From Callorhinchus milii (lineage: Eukaryota), in the NCBI RefSeq assembly GCF_018977255.1, contig NW_024704742.1, positions 135,720,001 to 135,784,000 on the forward strand: 64,000 nt of DNA. Direction: 5' to 3'. The stretch's first letter is position 1. Every line of letters begins with the position of its first letter. Shown piece after piece: positions 24,505 to 38,358 of this stretch. Position numbers and translations under genes: made by a program. The notes beneath the pieces are model-generated. The model did no database searches. It worked only from the letters and a program-made list of their open reading frames with translations, and was not told the DNA's origin.

Positions 24505-27500
24505 AAACATAAGAACATAAGAATTAGGAGCAGGAGTAGGCCATTCGGCCCTTCGTGCCTGCTCCGCCATTCAATAAGATCATGGCTGATCTTCTCACCT
24601 AACTCTGATTACCTGCCCTATCTCCATATCCCCTAATCCCTCTATTTTTTAAGAATCTATCAGTCTCAGCCTTGAAAATGTTCAAGGACTGAGCACCTAC
24701 AGCCTTCTGGGGTAATGAATTCCATAAGTTCATTACCCTCTGAGTGAAGAAATGTTTCCTCAACTCTGTTCTAAAAGGCTGACCCTTAATTTTAAGACTG
24801 TGACCCCTAGTTATAGATTCTCCTACCGGGGAAACAGTCCCTCTGTGTCTACTTTATCAGCCCTTTAAGAATCTTATAAGTTTCAATAAGATCCCCCTAA
24901 TTCTTCTGTACTCTAGAGAATACAGCCCTAGTTTATTCAGCCTATCCTCATAGGTCAGTCCCCTCATCCCAGGAACTAACCGAGTGAATCTACGCTGCAC
25001 CCCCTCGAGGGCAAGTATGTCCTTTTTTAAATAAGGAGACCAAAACTGCACACAATACTCTCGGTGCGGTCTCACCAAAGCCCTATACAGTTGCAGCAAG
25101 ACTTCCCTACTCTTATATTCTAAACCTTTCGAAATGAACGCTAACATGCCGTTCGCCTTCTTAGTTGCTGCTGCACCTGCAAACTAACTTTTTGGGACTG
25201 GTGTACAAGGACACCCAAATCCCTTTGAATACTAACTCTATCTAACTTCTCCCCTTCCAGAAAATAATCTGTTCTTTTATTCTTGCTACCTAGGTGAATA
25301 ATTTCACACTTGCTAACATTGAATTCCATCTGCCACCTACTTGCCCACTCCCCGAGCCTATCTATATCTTGTTGCAATCTTTTTGCATCATCCTGAGAGC
25401 TCACTCTGCTACCTAGTTTAGTATCATCCGCGAATTTAGACACATTACATTCAATGTCCTCGTCCAGATCATTGATGTAAATGGTAAATAGCTGAGGCCC
25501 AAGCACTGATCCTTGTGGCACTCCACTAGTTACATCTCCTGCCAATTCGAGAATGATCCGTTTATCACTACTCTCTGCTTTCTACCCGATAGCCACTCTT
25601 CTATCCATGTTAATATTTTCCCATTAATCCCGTGGGCCTTGATCTTGAGTAACAGCCTTTTGTGTGGCACCTTGTCAAATGCCTTCCTAAAATCCAAATA
25701 TACCACATCTACTGGTTCCCCCTTATCCAACCTGCTGGATACATCCTCAAAAAATTCTAAAAGGTTAGTCAAGCATGACTTCCCTTTTGTAAAGCCATGT
25801 TGACTCTGCCTAATCTTTTTATGGTCTTCCAGGTATCCCATAACTACGTCTTTTATTAAGGACTCAAGAATTTTCCCTACAACTGACGTCAAACTAACTG
25901 GTCTATAGTTTTCCCTATTTTCTCTCCCACCCTTCTTAAATAGTGGAGTTACGTTTGCAATCTTCCAATCAATGGGAACTTTTCCAGTATCCACAGACTT
26001 TTGGAAGATTATAGACATGCCATCCACTATCTCAGTAGCCACCTCCTTTAAAACTCTCGGATGCAGGCCATCCGGTCCAGGGGATTTATCGGTTTTAAGA
26101 CCCGACAATTTACCTAGAACCATCTCTTTACTAATGTTAATCTCCCTAAGTTGCTCGCTAACATTGTCTTCTTGGTCCTCTATTTTTGGTATGTTTCCAG
26201 TGTCTTCTACGGTGAAGACTGTAGAAAAATACTTGTTTAATGACTCTGCCATGTCTTTGTCCCCTATTATAATTCCTCCGGTCTCTGCCTGTAATGGACC
26301 CACATTCACCCTCGCTAGCCTTTTCCTCTTTATATATTTGTAAAAACTCTTGGAGTCTGTTTTTATGTTCTTTGCTAGTTTGCCCTCGTAATCTATTTTC
26401 TCCCTCTTGATCAATTTTTTGGTCCTCCTCTGTTGTTCCCTAAAGTTCTCCCAATCCTCGGGTTTACTACTCATCTTCGCTGTTTTATAGGCTTTTTCTT
26501 TTGATTTGATACTTTCCCTAACTGCTCTAGTTAGCCATGGCTGCACCACCTTTCCCATGGCATTCTTATTCCTCAAAGGAATATGTGCTCGTTGGGAATT
26601 TTGCACTATCTCCTTGAATGTCTGCCATTGCTGGTCTACCGTCAAATCTTTAAGTTTAGTCTCCCAGTTTATTCTGGCTAAATCCTCTCTCATACCAGCA
26701 AAGTTGGCTCGATTTAAATTGAAGACTTTTGCTTCAGACTTAACTACTTCCCTCTCTAACTTAACGCTAAATTCCATCATATTATGATCGCTTTGCCCGA
26801 GAGGAGCCTTAAGTTCCAGTTTGCTGATCAGCCCTGTTTCATTACACAAAACAAGGTCTAATATGGCTTGTTCCCTGGTCGGCTCCTCAGCATATTGATC
26901 TAGAAAATTATCTCTAATACATTCTATAAACTCCTCTTCTATGTTACCTTTCCCAATTTGGTTGTCCCAGTCTATGTGCAGGTTAAAATCACCCACAATT
27001 AGTGTCTTTCCTTTGCTACATGCTCCACTAATCTCTTGATTTATACCTTGAGCGATACTTTGACCACTGTTTGGGGGTCTATAAACTACTCCCACTATAG
27101 TTTTCTGCCCCTTGAAGTTACGTATCTCTACCCATACTGACTCTACATCTTGCTTTTCAGATTTAAAATCTTTCCTCTCTACTGTTTTTATCCCATCCTT
27201 TATTAGCAGGGCCACTCCCCCTCCTCGTTTACCACATCGCCTATCTTTCCTATATACCACGTAGCCGGGAATATTCAGTTCCCATCCCTGGTCTCGGTGA
27301 TGGCTACTAGATCATACTGGTTTGTCTCTATTTGTGCAACTAATTCATCTATCTTGTTACGAATGCTTCGTGCATTCAAATATAGTGCCCTTAATTCTGA
27401 CTTCCGGCTATTAACCCTATTCACCAGCACTCAATCACTGTACTTCCTTTCCCTGCTTGACACACTTTGCTCTTCTCCCTTGTTAATCTGCTCTCTTGCT

Positions 27501-29050
27501 TTTGTTGATCTCAAGTTTAACTGTTTTTACCTTTCCCCCCCCCACCCCTTAGCAGTTTAAAGCTCTTTTTACCTCCCTATTTATTTGCGTAGCCAGGACA
27601 TTTGTCTCAGCCCTATTTTAGGTGGAGCCCATTCCTTTGGAAAAGCTCCCATCTTCCCCAATACTCGTGCCAGTGGCCCATGAATTGGAATTCCTGCTCT
27701 CCGCACCACTCTTTTAGCCAGGCATTCAGATCTATGATCTTCTTTTGCCTGTACCAATTAGCTCCTGGCTCAGGTAACAGTCCCGATATCATCACTTTGG
27801 AAGTTCTATTCCTTAGTTTAATTCCCAATTCCCGGAACTCGCTCCTTAACTCGTCCCTACTGGTCCTACCAATGTCATTGGTCCCTATATGTACCATTAC
27901 GATTGGATCCTCTCCCTCATGCCTCAAATTTATCTCCAGCCCGGCGGTGACATCCTTCACCCTGGCCCCAGGAAGACAACAGAGTCTTCTTGTCTCCCTG
28001 CTACGGCTACAGAAAACTGTATCAGTCCTCCCGACTGTCTCATCCCCAATAAGAATTACATTTTTAACCTCCTGCACAGGGGTGTTGGGGTCAGTTTGCC
28101 CGTCTTCCTCGCAGATTTCCTTGTCCACACAGGTTGCCAATATTTCATACCTGTCAGACAAGGCTAAAGTCTGGGATTCTTCAGCCCCTCTCTTTCGGGA
28201 ACGCTTGCCTGCCCGCCTGACTGTCACCTAGTCATGTCCGTCGCTGCTACATTCTTCTTCCTTGGTGACTCAGGAGAGTGTCCAGCTCTAGGATAAAGCT
28301 GTCCAGGAAGTTTTCTCCATCCCTAATGCTGAGCAGCATCTCCACCTGAGACTCCAGCTCAGCTACTCTCAGCTGGAGCTCTCTGATTTCCAGACAGTTG
28401 CAGCAGACAAAGTCACCCGGACTTAAGGCACCCTCCATTGACTCCCACATGTGACAGACCTCGCAGTTTACCTGCCACACCATCTTCACAAATTTTATAT
28501 AGATACAAATATATATAACCTGCCCCCACTTCCCCCTCTGCACCTAATTCCCATTCTCACCAAATTCCCTCACTCTCTGGCCTCGCCTCACTCTGGACAT
28601 AGCTCACTCTCGGCTCGAGTAAGGCTCTCGCAGCTATCTCCTACTTATACTTTCTGGATGCAACCCGTTTCTGATTTGCTCAGCAGTGATTTGGAATTAA
28701 TGCCTAATCAAGTGATTAATTAATAAGTTAATTTAATCAATAATTTACTTGTTATTGGCTTGGCTTAATTGGCTACAGCTGCTCCCTGTAAAGTTACCCC
28801 ACAAGACCAATGTACCAATAGTATCAGCAATTTTAAATAACACAAGACTTAAAACAACTACAACAACTACTACAAGACTTGAATAACAACAACAACAATT
28901 TGGGTTATGTACTCATGATAGCAGTTTTCACGACACTCACAGCAGCAATTCCCACTCTCACCAAATTCCCTCACACTCTGGCCTCGCCTCACTCCGGACG
29001 TAGCTCACTCTGGGCTCTCGGCTCAATTCCGGAAATTCCGGAAAGAAAAA
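24505..29050 (-). mobile_element. Near full-length CR1 LINE, disrupted
   Basis: ORF1 CxxC..CxxC finger and coiled coil (from about 28483), then an SGNH-type esterase (VILIGDET, VHIGTND, GLHL). ORF2 APE and RT in three frames (27260-25530, 25545-25141 with QGSVLGP and FADD, 25147-24857). (CTTATGTT)n 3' tail at about 24505. Confidence 0.95.
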
Positions 29051-29316
29051 ATCTTTGCTTTACAGAGTGTTATCGAAACATCTTTAAAGCTCGTCACTGG
29101 CATTACCCTAACAAAAACTGGATTTTTTATTTATGTACTACTGCTACTAATAATAATCCTTGGGTTTGACATAGCACCTTATCACGCTTATCACGTCTTA
29201 GAGACGTCTCAAAGCGCTTCACAGAACATACTGAAAAATTGATTGACTGTGCATTTTGTGGATAAAAAGCGACAGCCAATTGTGGACAGCAGCATCCCAC
29301 AAACAGTCGTGGATTA

Positions 29317-30690
29317 GAATCATAGAATATTATTTTTATTACAGCACAGAAGGAGGCCATTCGGCCCATTGTGTGGTGAGCCCTGTAGTTCAGTGGTTAG
29401 CGCACTCACCTCACAAGCGAGAGACCTGGGTTCGATTCCTGGAAGGGCGAAATATTGTGCAAGTTTCTTTACCCCAGACGTCTTGTTTACCTAGCGGATA
29501 AGTAGGAACCTTTATATTAGCCACTTGGTGGATCACTTTTCTGGGGATAATAATTCCTTCAAAAAAAATTGGTCACCAATCCACAACTGATTGTGCGCAA
29601 TTGACTGCCACGTTTCGCCCACAAAATATACAGTCAACTCACTTTACAGTATATTCTGTGAAGCGCTTTGAGACGTCTCGAAGACGCGATAAGGCACTAT
29701 ATTAAATGTAAGGATTATTATTATTATTGTGTCTGTGCCAGCTCTTTGGAGGAGCTACCCAATCAGTCCTACTCCCCCGTTCTTTCCCCATATACTTGAA
29801 AATTTTTCCAATTCCCTTTTGAAAGTTGTTATTGCATCCATCCTTTCAGGCAGTGCATTCCAGACCATAACAATTTGCTGTGTAACAAAATTCTCCTCAT
29901 CTCCTCCCTGGTTTTTTTGCCAATTATCTTGAATCCATGTCCTCTGGTTACCAACCCACCTACCAGTGGAAACAGTTTCTCCAAATCTACTCTATCAAAA
30001 AAAAGACCATAATTTTGAACAACTCTGTTAAATCTCTCATTAACCTTCTCTATCGAGGGAAAACAATCCCAGCTTCTTTAGTCTCTCCATATAACTAAAG
30101 TCCCTCATCCCTGATACCATTCTGGTAAATCTCTGCATCCTCTCCAAGGCCTTGTGGAGTCCTGTAGCTCAGTGGTTAGAGCACTCGCTTTGCACGTGAG
30201 AGACCTGAGTTCAATTCCAGGCAGAGGGCGAAACCTTGGGCAAGTTTCCTTACTCCACACAGAGCCTAATAATAATCCCTCCAAAAACCAAAAACAATAA
30301 TTAAATTGGTCATTTTCAATCTACGACTGTTTGTGGGACATTGCTGTGCGCAATTGGCTGCCGCGTTCACCCACAAATATACAGTCAATTCACTTTACAG
30401 TATATTCTGTGAAGCGCTTTGGGACGTCCTCCCAACGTGAAAAGCGCTATATTAAATGCAAGGATTATTATTATTATTATCCTTCCTATAGTGTAGTGGT
30501 CAGAATTGGACACAATATTGCAGCTGAGGCCTAACCAGTGACTTATCAAGGTTTAGCAGAAGTTCCTTCCTTTTGTGCTCCATACCTATGTTTATAAAGC
30601 CAAGGATACTATTTTTAACAGCTTAATCAACCTGTCTTGCCACATTCAAAGATCTGTGTACGTGAATCAAAGACCTCTGTGTATATGTTG
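29317..30690 (-). mobile_element. Old CR1 3' fragment with two nested SINEs
   Basis: AGAATCATAGAA...ACAGCACAGAAGGAGGCCATTCGGCCCAT tail; CR1 resumes at about 29729 and 30481. Confidence 0.7.
30156..30480 (+). mobile_element. Young tRNA-derived SINE
   Basis: Near-identical to 16379-16705; A and B boxes, (ATT)n tail. Confidence 0.9.
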
Positions 30691-31078
30691 TGGGTTGAGT
30701 ATCCAAACAATTTTTTTTAGGGATTTTACTTCCTGAAAAACAATCTGCCAATTGACTAACAACCAGATTGCTATTAAATTCTAGGTAAACAGAGATGTGG
30801 AGTATGGAAACTTGACAAACACTAAAGGTTTAGTTGGACTGTGACTAATTATTTCACCCACAAACTTCTGACTATTGAGGTGGGACTCCTACCAACAAAG
30901 ATAATTTGGCATCAGAGTGAAACAACCGAGGTTTCCTCCACACTACTGATAACATACATTGTCTTATCTGACAGCTTTTCGATTGACCTTTAGATTATGT
31001 GCGGGTTGAGCACACCTAATAAATTGCTCCATCTTTTGCTCACAGTAATTAACAGTATTGTTTCCTGGTCCCTTTGAC

Positions 31079-31161
31079 TATAAAACCTCCCAGAGGTTGT
31101 CCAGATGTGATATTCTGGTAAATCTGCTTCCCAAGTGCAAATCGCAGTCGTCAGAGACAGA
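31079..31161 (+). promoter_or_regulatory. Putative TATA promoter and non-coding first exon of the bicupin gene
   Basis: TATAAAA at 31079-31085; consensus donor GA|GTAAGT at 31161/31162; unique sequence; the downstream ATG exon has an acceptor at 31955 that needs an upstream exon. Confidence 0.5.
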
Positions 31162-31274
31162 GTAAGTTCATTGTGCCTTTGTGGCTTGTACCATTTGCTT
31201 ATGCCAGTGCTCCAAGATGCCAATCTGCGCGAGTTGTCCCTGTTGTTTTTCATCATTAATGGAGCGCTGTAGCT

Positions 31275-31944
31275 TAATAATAATAATAATAATCTTTGCA
31301 TTTAATATAATGCTTTTCATGTCTTCGAGACGTCTCAAAGCGCTTCACAGAATTTACTGGAAAGTGAATTGACTGTGTATTTGTGGGCGAAACGCGGTAG
31401 CCAATTGTGCACAACAAAGTCCCACAAACAGTCGTGAATTGAAGTGACCAATTTATCATTGTTTTTTTTTTGAGGGATTATATTCCCCAGAAGTGCGATC
31501 CACCAATTGACTAACAACCAGATTCCTACTTACTTAGCAGAGGCATGAGGAGTAAGGAAACTTTGCTGAGAATCAAACCCAGGTCTCTCGCTCTTTAGGC
31601 GAGTGCTCTAACCACTGAGCTACAGGACTCCAGGATAGTGGTTAGCACGCTCGCCTCGCAAGCGAGAGGACCCGGGTTCGATTCCCAGACAGGGCAAAAC
31701 CTTAAGCAAGTTTCCTAATTCCACACCCCTCCAGCGGTAACAATTCCTCCAAAAAAAATTGTAGTTGCTCACTGCACGACTGTTTACGGGACACTGCTGT
31801 ACACAATTGGCTGCCGCATTTCGCCCACAAAATACACAGTCACTCCACTTTACAGCATATTCCATGAAGTGCTTTAAGACATCTCAATGATGTGATTAGG
31901 TGCTGTATCAAATGCAAGGATAAGTATTGTTATTATGGTCTGGT
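31275..31944. mobile_element. Head-to-head tRNA-SINE dimer (copy B, inverted relative to 12333-12998)
   Basis: Reverse complement matches copy A, including the junction and private variants. Confidence 0.85.
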
Positions 31945-31971
31945 TGTCCTTTCAGAATATTTGAAGCAGAA

Positions 31972-32061
31972 ATGAATGGAAACGAGAATCACGGCTTTGA
32001 ACACTCGGCAGCGGAAAGGATGTCACCTCCTCAGACACAGAAGGAAAAGGGCTATGGACAG
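31972..32061 (+). CDS. Bicupin coding exon 1 (cytoplasmic N-terminus)
   Basis: Acceptor ttgtcctttcag at 31955; ATG at 31972; MNGNENHGFEHSAAERMSPPQTQKEKGYGQ; phase-0 donor CAG|gtagtt. Confidence 0.7.
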
Positions 32062-35000
32062 GTAGTTCATGTCTGGGAGCTCATTATTTGATAGATAAAC
32101 GACTGAGATCATATTTTGCTCATAGTAATCGTAATAATAATGATGTCCTGATTATCAATAATAACGTCCTGATTATCAATAATAACATCCTGATTATCAA
32201 TAATAATGTCCTGTATCAATAATACTTAGGCTTATTATCAAGGATAATATTGCTATCAGACTCTGCCACTGATAAGCACTCCATACCTGGCATGAAGGGC
32301 GCTATATAAATGCAAGTTGTTGTTGTTATTAATAATACTGTTAACAAGATTATTGGCAAAAGAACCAGAGGGCAAATGAGGAGAAATGTTTTTACGCAGC
32401 AATGATCTGGAATGAACTGCCTGAAAGGGTGGTGTGGAATCAGATTCAATACCAACTTTTGAAAGGGAATTGGATATGTTTTTTGAAAAGGAAAAACATG
32501 CAGAGGTATGGGTTAAGAGTGGGGGTATGGGAATAGTTGGATAGCTCTTTCAAAGAGTTGAATAGTCATAAATGGGCCAAATAGCCTAAATAATTATTAT
32601 TATTATCATTAAATAATAATATTATTAGTAGTATTAATACTAACTAAATAATAACAATATAATTATTATTATAGCCTCCTTCTGTGCTGTAAGATTCTAT
32701 GAACAATAACAATATTGTTATCAATAATATCATCGCCTTTCAACCATCTTGTATTGTATTTTGTATTGTAATTTTGTTATGCCCGAAAGCATTAAATGTC
32801 TCAAGGCAAGTGCTTCTTCATAGGGACTCACTATCACGTATAGTGACTGTGTGTGAACTTGTGGCCAAACACAGAGAGCATTTGAAGCTGGGTAAACGCC
32901 ACATAGACACGAGCGTTTTTACAAACGGCGTATCAAATGTCAGGAATAATGTTATAATTACACAGCTTACTCAAGCGAGAGGTTTGATTCCCTTAGGCAA
33001 GTTCCCTTACTCCATACGCCTCTGTTCACCTAGCAGTAAGTAGGAACCTAGTTGTTAATCGATTGGCGGATCACTTTTCTGAGGGTAATAATTCCTTGAA
33101 AAAAAGAAAATATTGGTCACTCAATCCATGGCTGTTTGTGGGACACTGTGCGCAATTGGCTGCCGTGTTTATCCCTCACAATATACAGTAAATTCACTTT
33201 ACAGTATATTCTGTGAAGCGCTTTGATAAATCTCAACAGTGTGATAATCCATTATATTGAATGGAAGGATTATTATTACAATTATTATGTTGTTAGGGTA
33301 TAAATCACTCTGTAGAGAAAGTTTCTAAGCAGTTGTCAGTGAAGAGTCAGCCCGAGCAAAATACTGCCACGTTCCATAGGAATGTATGTTACTTTTCTTA
33401 ATATGTTTGAACCTCCTAAAATAGCAACTTTTTGTAGGAGGCTGATCTTGTTATAATTACTATTTACAATTATTATAATTTTAACATCATTTCACCCAAT
33501 TCACTTTACAGTATATTCTGTAAAGCGCTTTGAGACGTCTCATTGGTGTGATAAGGCGCTATATCAAATGCAGGATTATTATTATTAATATTTTGTTATT
33601 AATAATGTGAGAATAACAATATTAACTCCATTATTAATAATTAATTATTATTATTAATACAACAACTAGCATTTATGTAGCACCCCTCACTAGTTAGTGT
33701 CACAGAGCAGTTAAATCACTCTGGTAATAATTAGAGTAATACTTAATAATTCTTAATATTAATAATTCATGAATAATCTTACGAACGCTGAGAGTGGTCA
33801 GCGAGTGCCAGCGCTTTGGGATGTCCTCCTGACGTGAAAGGCGGTATACAAACGTAATTTGTTGTTGTTGTTGTTGTTGTTGTTGTTGCTATCGGCCCAA
33901 TAACTGCCCTAATGCATGCTCACTCTCTCCGGATCAGGTGGAGAAAAAGCCCATTTCGCTGCTGAAGATTTTCCTGCTGTGTCTCCTGGCGAGCGTTATC
34001 ACCACCGCGGTGGGAGTTCTGATTCTGGCTCTCGTGTACGTCACCGAGTATCGCCCTCAGTCCTCCTCGCAGCCCCAGATCGAGATCGAGAGCCCCACGG
34101 ATAGCAGGGTGGACATCAAATACAGCTTCCTGAATCACTTGGACAAATCAAAGGTATCGTGTGCTGTGATTGCCTACAAAATAGATGGAGTCCCATAGCG
34201 TAGTGGTTTGAGCGCCCGCCTCACAAACCAGAGGACCCGGGTTTGATTCCCGGGCAAGGTCAAACCTCAGCCAAGTTTCCTTACTCTACACGCCTCTGTT
34301 TATCCAGCAGTAGGTAGGAATCCAATTGCTAGTCGATTGGTGGATTGCTTTCCAAGGGTAATAATCCCTTCCAAAAATATAATTTGGTCGCTCAACTCCA
34401 CGTCTGTTTGTGGCACACTACTGTGCGCAATTTGCTGCCACATTTCGCCCACAGAATACAAGTCAATTCACTTCAAGGAATATTCTGTGAAGCGCTTTGA
34501 GACATCTTGATAACGTGATCAGGTGCTATATCGAATGCTAGGATTATTACTGTTGATATTATTGAGATCAGTGGTTTGAGATCAGAGGTGTTGTGGCTTG
34601 GGACAGCCTACAGACATGTAATTTGTTGCTTCTATAAAAAAAAGTAATTGTTTTTATTATGAAATACACAGCTACTATACTTTAATGTAAATCCTTTGAA
34701 ATGCTTCAACATCTCAATGACGTGCTAAGGCGCTATGTTAATTGCAATCAGTTTTTGGCTCTGCTCCTCTGTGACTGGTATAATCTGTGTCCCGTGGCCC
34801 AGGTTTTCGAGTTGCCCGGTGGAGCCATTCAGTGGGCACGTTACCGCAAAGACACGAGCGCATACGAGGATGAGATATCGATGCAGTTTGGGCGAAGCAT
34901 CAATGAAAGACGGTCTAAAATGACCATCGGCACCCTGCGTATCAAAAGCAATGGTCTCCGGCTCCCACACTGGCATTTTAATGCCAATGAACATGGATAC

Positions 35001-38000
35001 TTGCAACAGGTAAGTCAAATGAAACTGTAAGTCAAATGAAATGGCAACGTCTGTAGCGTATTGTTGGAGCACTCGCCTCGCGAGGCGAGAGGACCTGGGT
35101 TTGATTCCAGGCAGAGGGCGAAACCTTGGGCAAGTTTCCTTACTCCACACACCTCTGTTTACCTCGCAGTGAGTAGGAACTCAGTTGTTAATCGATTGGC
35201 GGATTGCTAATCAGGAGTTATAACCCCTTCAAAGTAATAATAATGATTCGGTCAGTCAAAACACGATTAAGTGAGTCACTGCTGTTGCACGTATGGCTGC
35301 CCATAAAATATACAGTCAATCCGCTTTACAGTATATTGTTTTGAGACGTCTCGATAAGGTTGTATGTCAACTGCAAGGATTAGTATTATATTACTATAAT
35401 TACTGTAAAAAGCTTTGCAACGTCTTAGGCTCCTTATCAAATGCAATGATTGCTATTGTCAGCCTTCCCAACTCCTCCCTCCACAGGCTGCAGATAATCC
35501 AGAACTCTGCAGCCCGTTTCCTCTCCCGCACCAAACTCCGTGACCTCATCTCTCCCACTCTCGCCCGACTCCAATGGCTCCCTATCCTTCAGAGGATCCA
35601 GTTCAAGATCCTGGTCCTCACATACAAAGCCCTCCATGGCCTCACCCCATCCTACCTCTGCGACTCCCTAAACCCCTTACGGACACGCCAGTTCCCTCCA
35701 CTCAGCCGGCTCTGACCTACTCTACGTCCCCCAATCCACCCGCCCCACCATTAGTGGGAGAGCCTTCAGCCACTCTGCCCCCAACTTCTGGAATTCCATC
35801 CCCAAATCACTCCCCTCGCCCCCTCCTTAGCTTCCTACAAGTCCTGCCTCAAGACCCTCCTCTTTGACCATGCCATCGGTCAACCCCCCTTCTCCTCCCC
35901 TCCTTTCTGCCCCCCTGACCCCAGCTCGGGTCTGAAATGCTGTACTCTGGGACGTCCCAACGCGAAAGGCGCTATATAAATGTAATCTTGTTGTTGTTGT
36001 GTTTCCCCCTTAATGAGGTAGGGTCCGTGTCCATTCTAAAGATTTTTTTGGTCAGCCGGGTGTCTGACACATGTGGAAGCCTATCACCGTAGCTTAAGAG
36101 AATCCAAACCAAGCTGAGAATTCCCTGCATCCCACCTACATGTGGAAATCCCAGAGATAGATTGTCGGAATGGAATGCGCTCTCTCCTCCTGGAGGGACA
36201 CATCCTGCTTACCTAATTCTGGAAAGTATTAGGCCCAGGTTGGCAAGAGCCAAGGTTTGGGGACCCCAGAGTGTACCCCTGGAGTCTGACCAGATAAAAC
36301 CACATAGCTTGCCGTTGATAGCGCTGCCTGACAAGATTTCCCACTGCTTCTCCAGCTCGGACCTCCATACCTGTTAGGGCTTTGGCTTGCAAGGTTATCA
36401 GGAGCTGAGTGGGATAACTCCTTGCCCCATTCTAATGACCTAGTTTTTATTGCTGTAGGGCAAGGCATGGATTGGTGTGGTGGATGATGGGACTAACATA
36501 GTGGCGACGTACAACATCACAGCCGGGCAGCTCTTTTTCTTCCCGAAGAACACTCTTCACTGGGTGAAGAACGTGGGTGACGAGGACTGTGTCTTTGTCC
36601 TCTTCTTCACGACCCATGAACAACTGCTGACCTTAGACATCGATGACACATTTTTCTCCACACCTGAGGACATCGCCTCCAGATCATTGAAGGTAACCAG
36701 TGGGGGGGGAGAGAAGGCGGGGGTGGGGGTGGGTGGTTGAGGACAAAACACTGGTCCTGTATTGCCGGCCGTCTGATGAGATATAAAACTGAACATCCCA
36801 TATCTGCTTGTTCAGGTGTATGTTAGAGATCCCATGACATTACCTGAAAAGAGAAAGGAACTTCTCCTGGTGTCCTGGCCAACAATCCCACAGATAATAA
36901 AAAAAAATTGGTCACTTGCTCCCTGGCTGTTTACGGGAAGTTGCAATGTGCAAATTGGGTTAAATATTAATAATAATAATCCTTGCATCCTTGCATAGCG
37001 CCTTATCACGTGTGGCCTTACAAAACACACGGTCATTACAGTTCACAGTAAACTCCTGTGGAGCGCTTTCAGATGGCCTCCCAATACGAAAAGCACTGTG
37101 TCCAAAGAAAGATTTCTTTACACTTCGCTCAGTAGAAAATCACATGGTAAGACGTTACTAGGCGCAGGGTTGTTTAATCTCATCTTTCCTGCACAGCCGG
37201 AAGGAGGAGTCAAGTTCATTAGGAGCTTCTCCAAACAAAAGGAGGACCAAGGGATCAATCTCCCAGCCAACCTGAAGGACCTCGTGACCAACGCCAGTTA
37301 CGTACAGTCGCCGGACACCATCGTGTGGAAATACTTTTACGACCTTCCAGGTAATGGCTTACTTTCAGGATCGTTTCTGAAGATCTTCCTCAGACCCCAA
37401 CGCTGTTAAGCAGCCAGTAACACTGCCCAGCATGAAGGATGCTGAAAATGCAAGTTGCTGAGATACTGAGAGCTTAGATGTGAGCCCACATGAAGATACC
37501 TTAGCGTAGTGGTTAGAGTGCTCGCCTTACAAGTGAGAGGATCCGGGATCGATTCCCGAGTCAAGGCGAAACCTTAAGTAAGTTTCCTTACTCCGCACGC
37601 CTCTGTTTACCGAGCAGTAAGTGGGAACCCGGTTAATAGTCAATAGGCAGATCACTTTCTGGGGAAATAATAAATTCATGATAATAATTTGGTCATTCGC
37701 TCCATTGCTGTTTGTGGAACATTACTGTCGCACATCAGTTGTCTCTATCTCTCACACAAGCAATCCCTCCCCCTCTCTCTCTCTCTTTGTCTGTGTCTCA
37801 TACAGTCTTTCTATCTCTCTGTCTCTCAGACTTTCTCACAACCTCTCTCTCACTCACACATAGTCTCTCTCTTTCTCTCTCTCTCTCTCTCACACATATG
37901 GTCACTCTGTGTGTCTCACTCTCTCTCACGTTCTCTCTCTCTCTCTCTCTCTCCCTCTCTCTGGTATTCGCAGGCTCCACACAGTTTGTGTATCCCGGTG

Positions 38001-38327
38001 GGATTATCCAGTGGGCGAGATACCGGAGCTCGCCCACAAACCTGACAGAGAACGAGAAGATTTACGGTGAATCCGTACACGAGGTACCTTCCCTCAGGGT
38101 CCCCACCCTCACCTATACCCCCCACCGCAGCCCCCAGCGCCGGCCTCATCTCTCCCATCTTCTCCTGCCTCACTCCCTTGCGTCAATGGCAAGTTTTGCG
38201 GTCCGAGTTGGTGAGACTCCAGCAGTTACCCCAACACACACCCTGGGCTCCCCCCAAGCCTTGGCTCTTGCCAACCTGTGCCTAATACTCTCCGGAATTA
38301 GGTAAGCAGGATGCCTCCCCCCCCCAG

Positions 38328-38358
<31 letters not shown>

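Noticed and set aside
25530..27260. 576-aa ORF as a host gene or active retroelement
   Set aside because: It is a CR1 ORF2 segment, frameshifted before the FADD motif and disrupted at its N-terminus.
30156..30230. tRNA-like sequences (many copies)
   Set aside because: They are SINE heads running into the SINE body and tail, with no complete acceptor stem or terminator.
1..30900. Coding exons of expected neighbours such as RAB27B
   Set aside because: No GTPase motifs or other convincing spliced host exons were found; the region reads as intergenic or intronic.
33916..34104. ATG-initiated ORF MLTLSGSGGEK as the bicupin start
   Set aside because: It is out of frame with the TM exon and stops at 34104; the ATG lies upstream of the acceptor at 33937.
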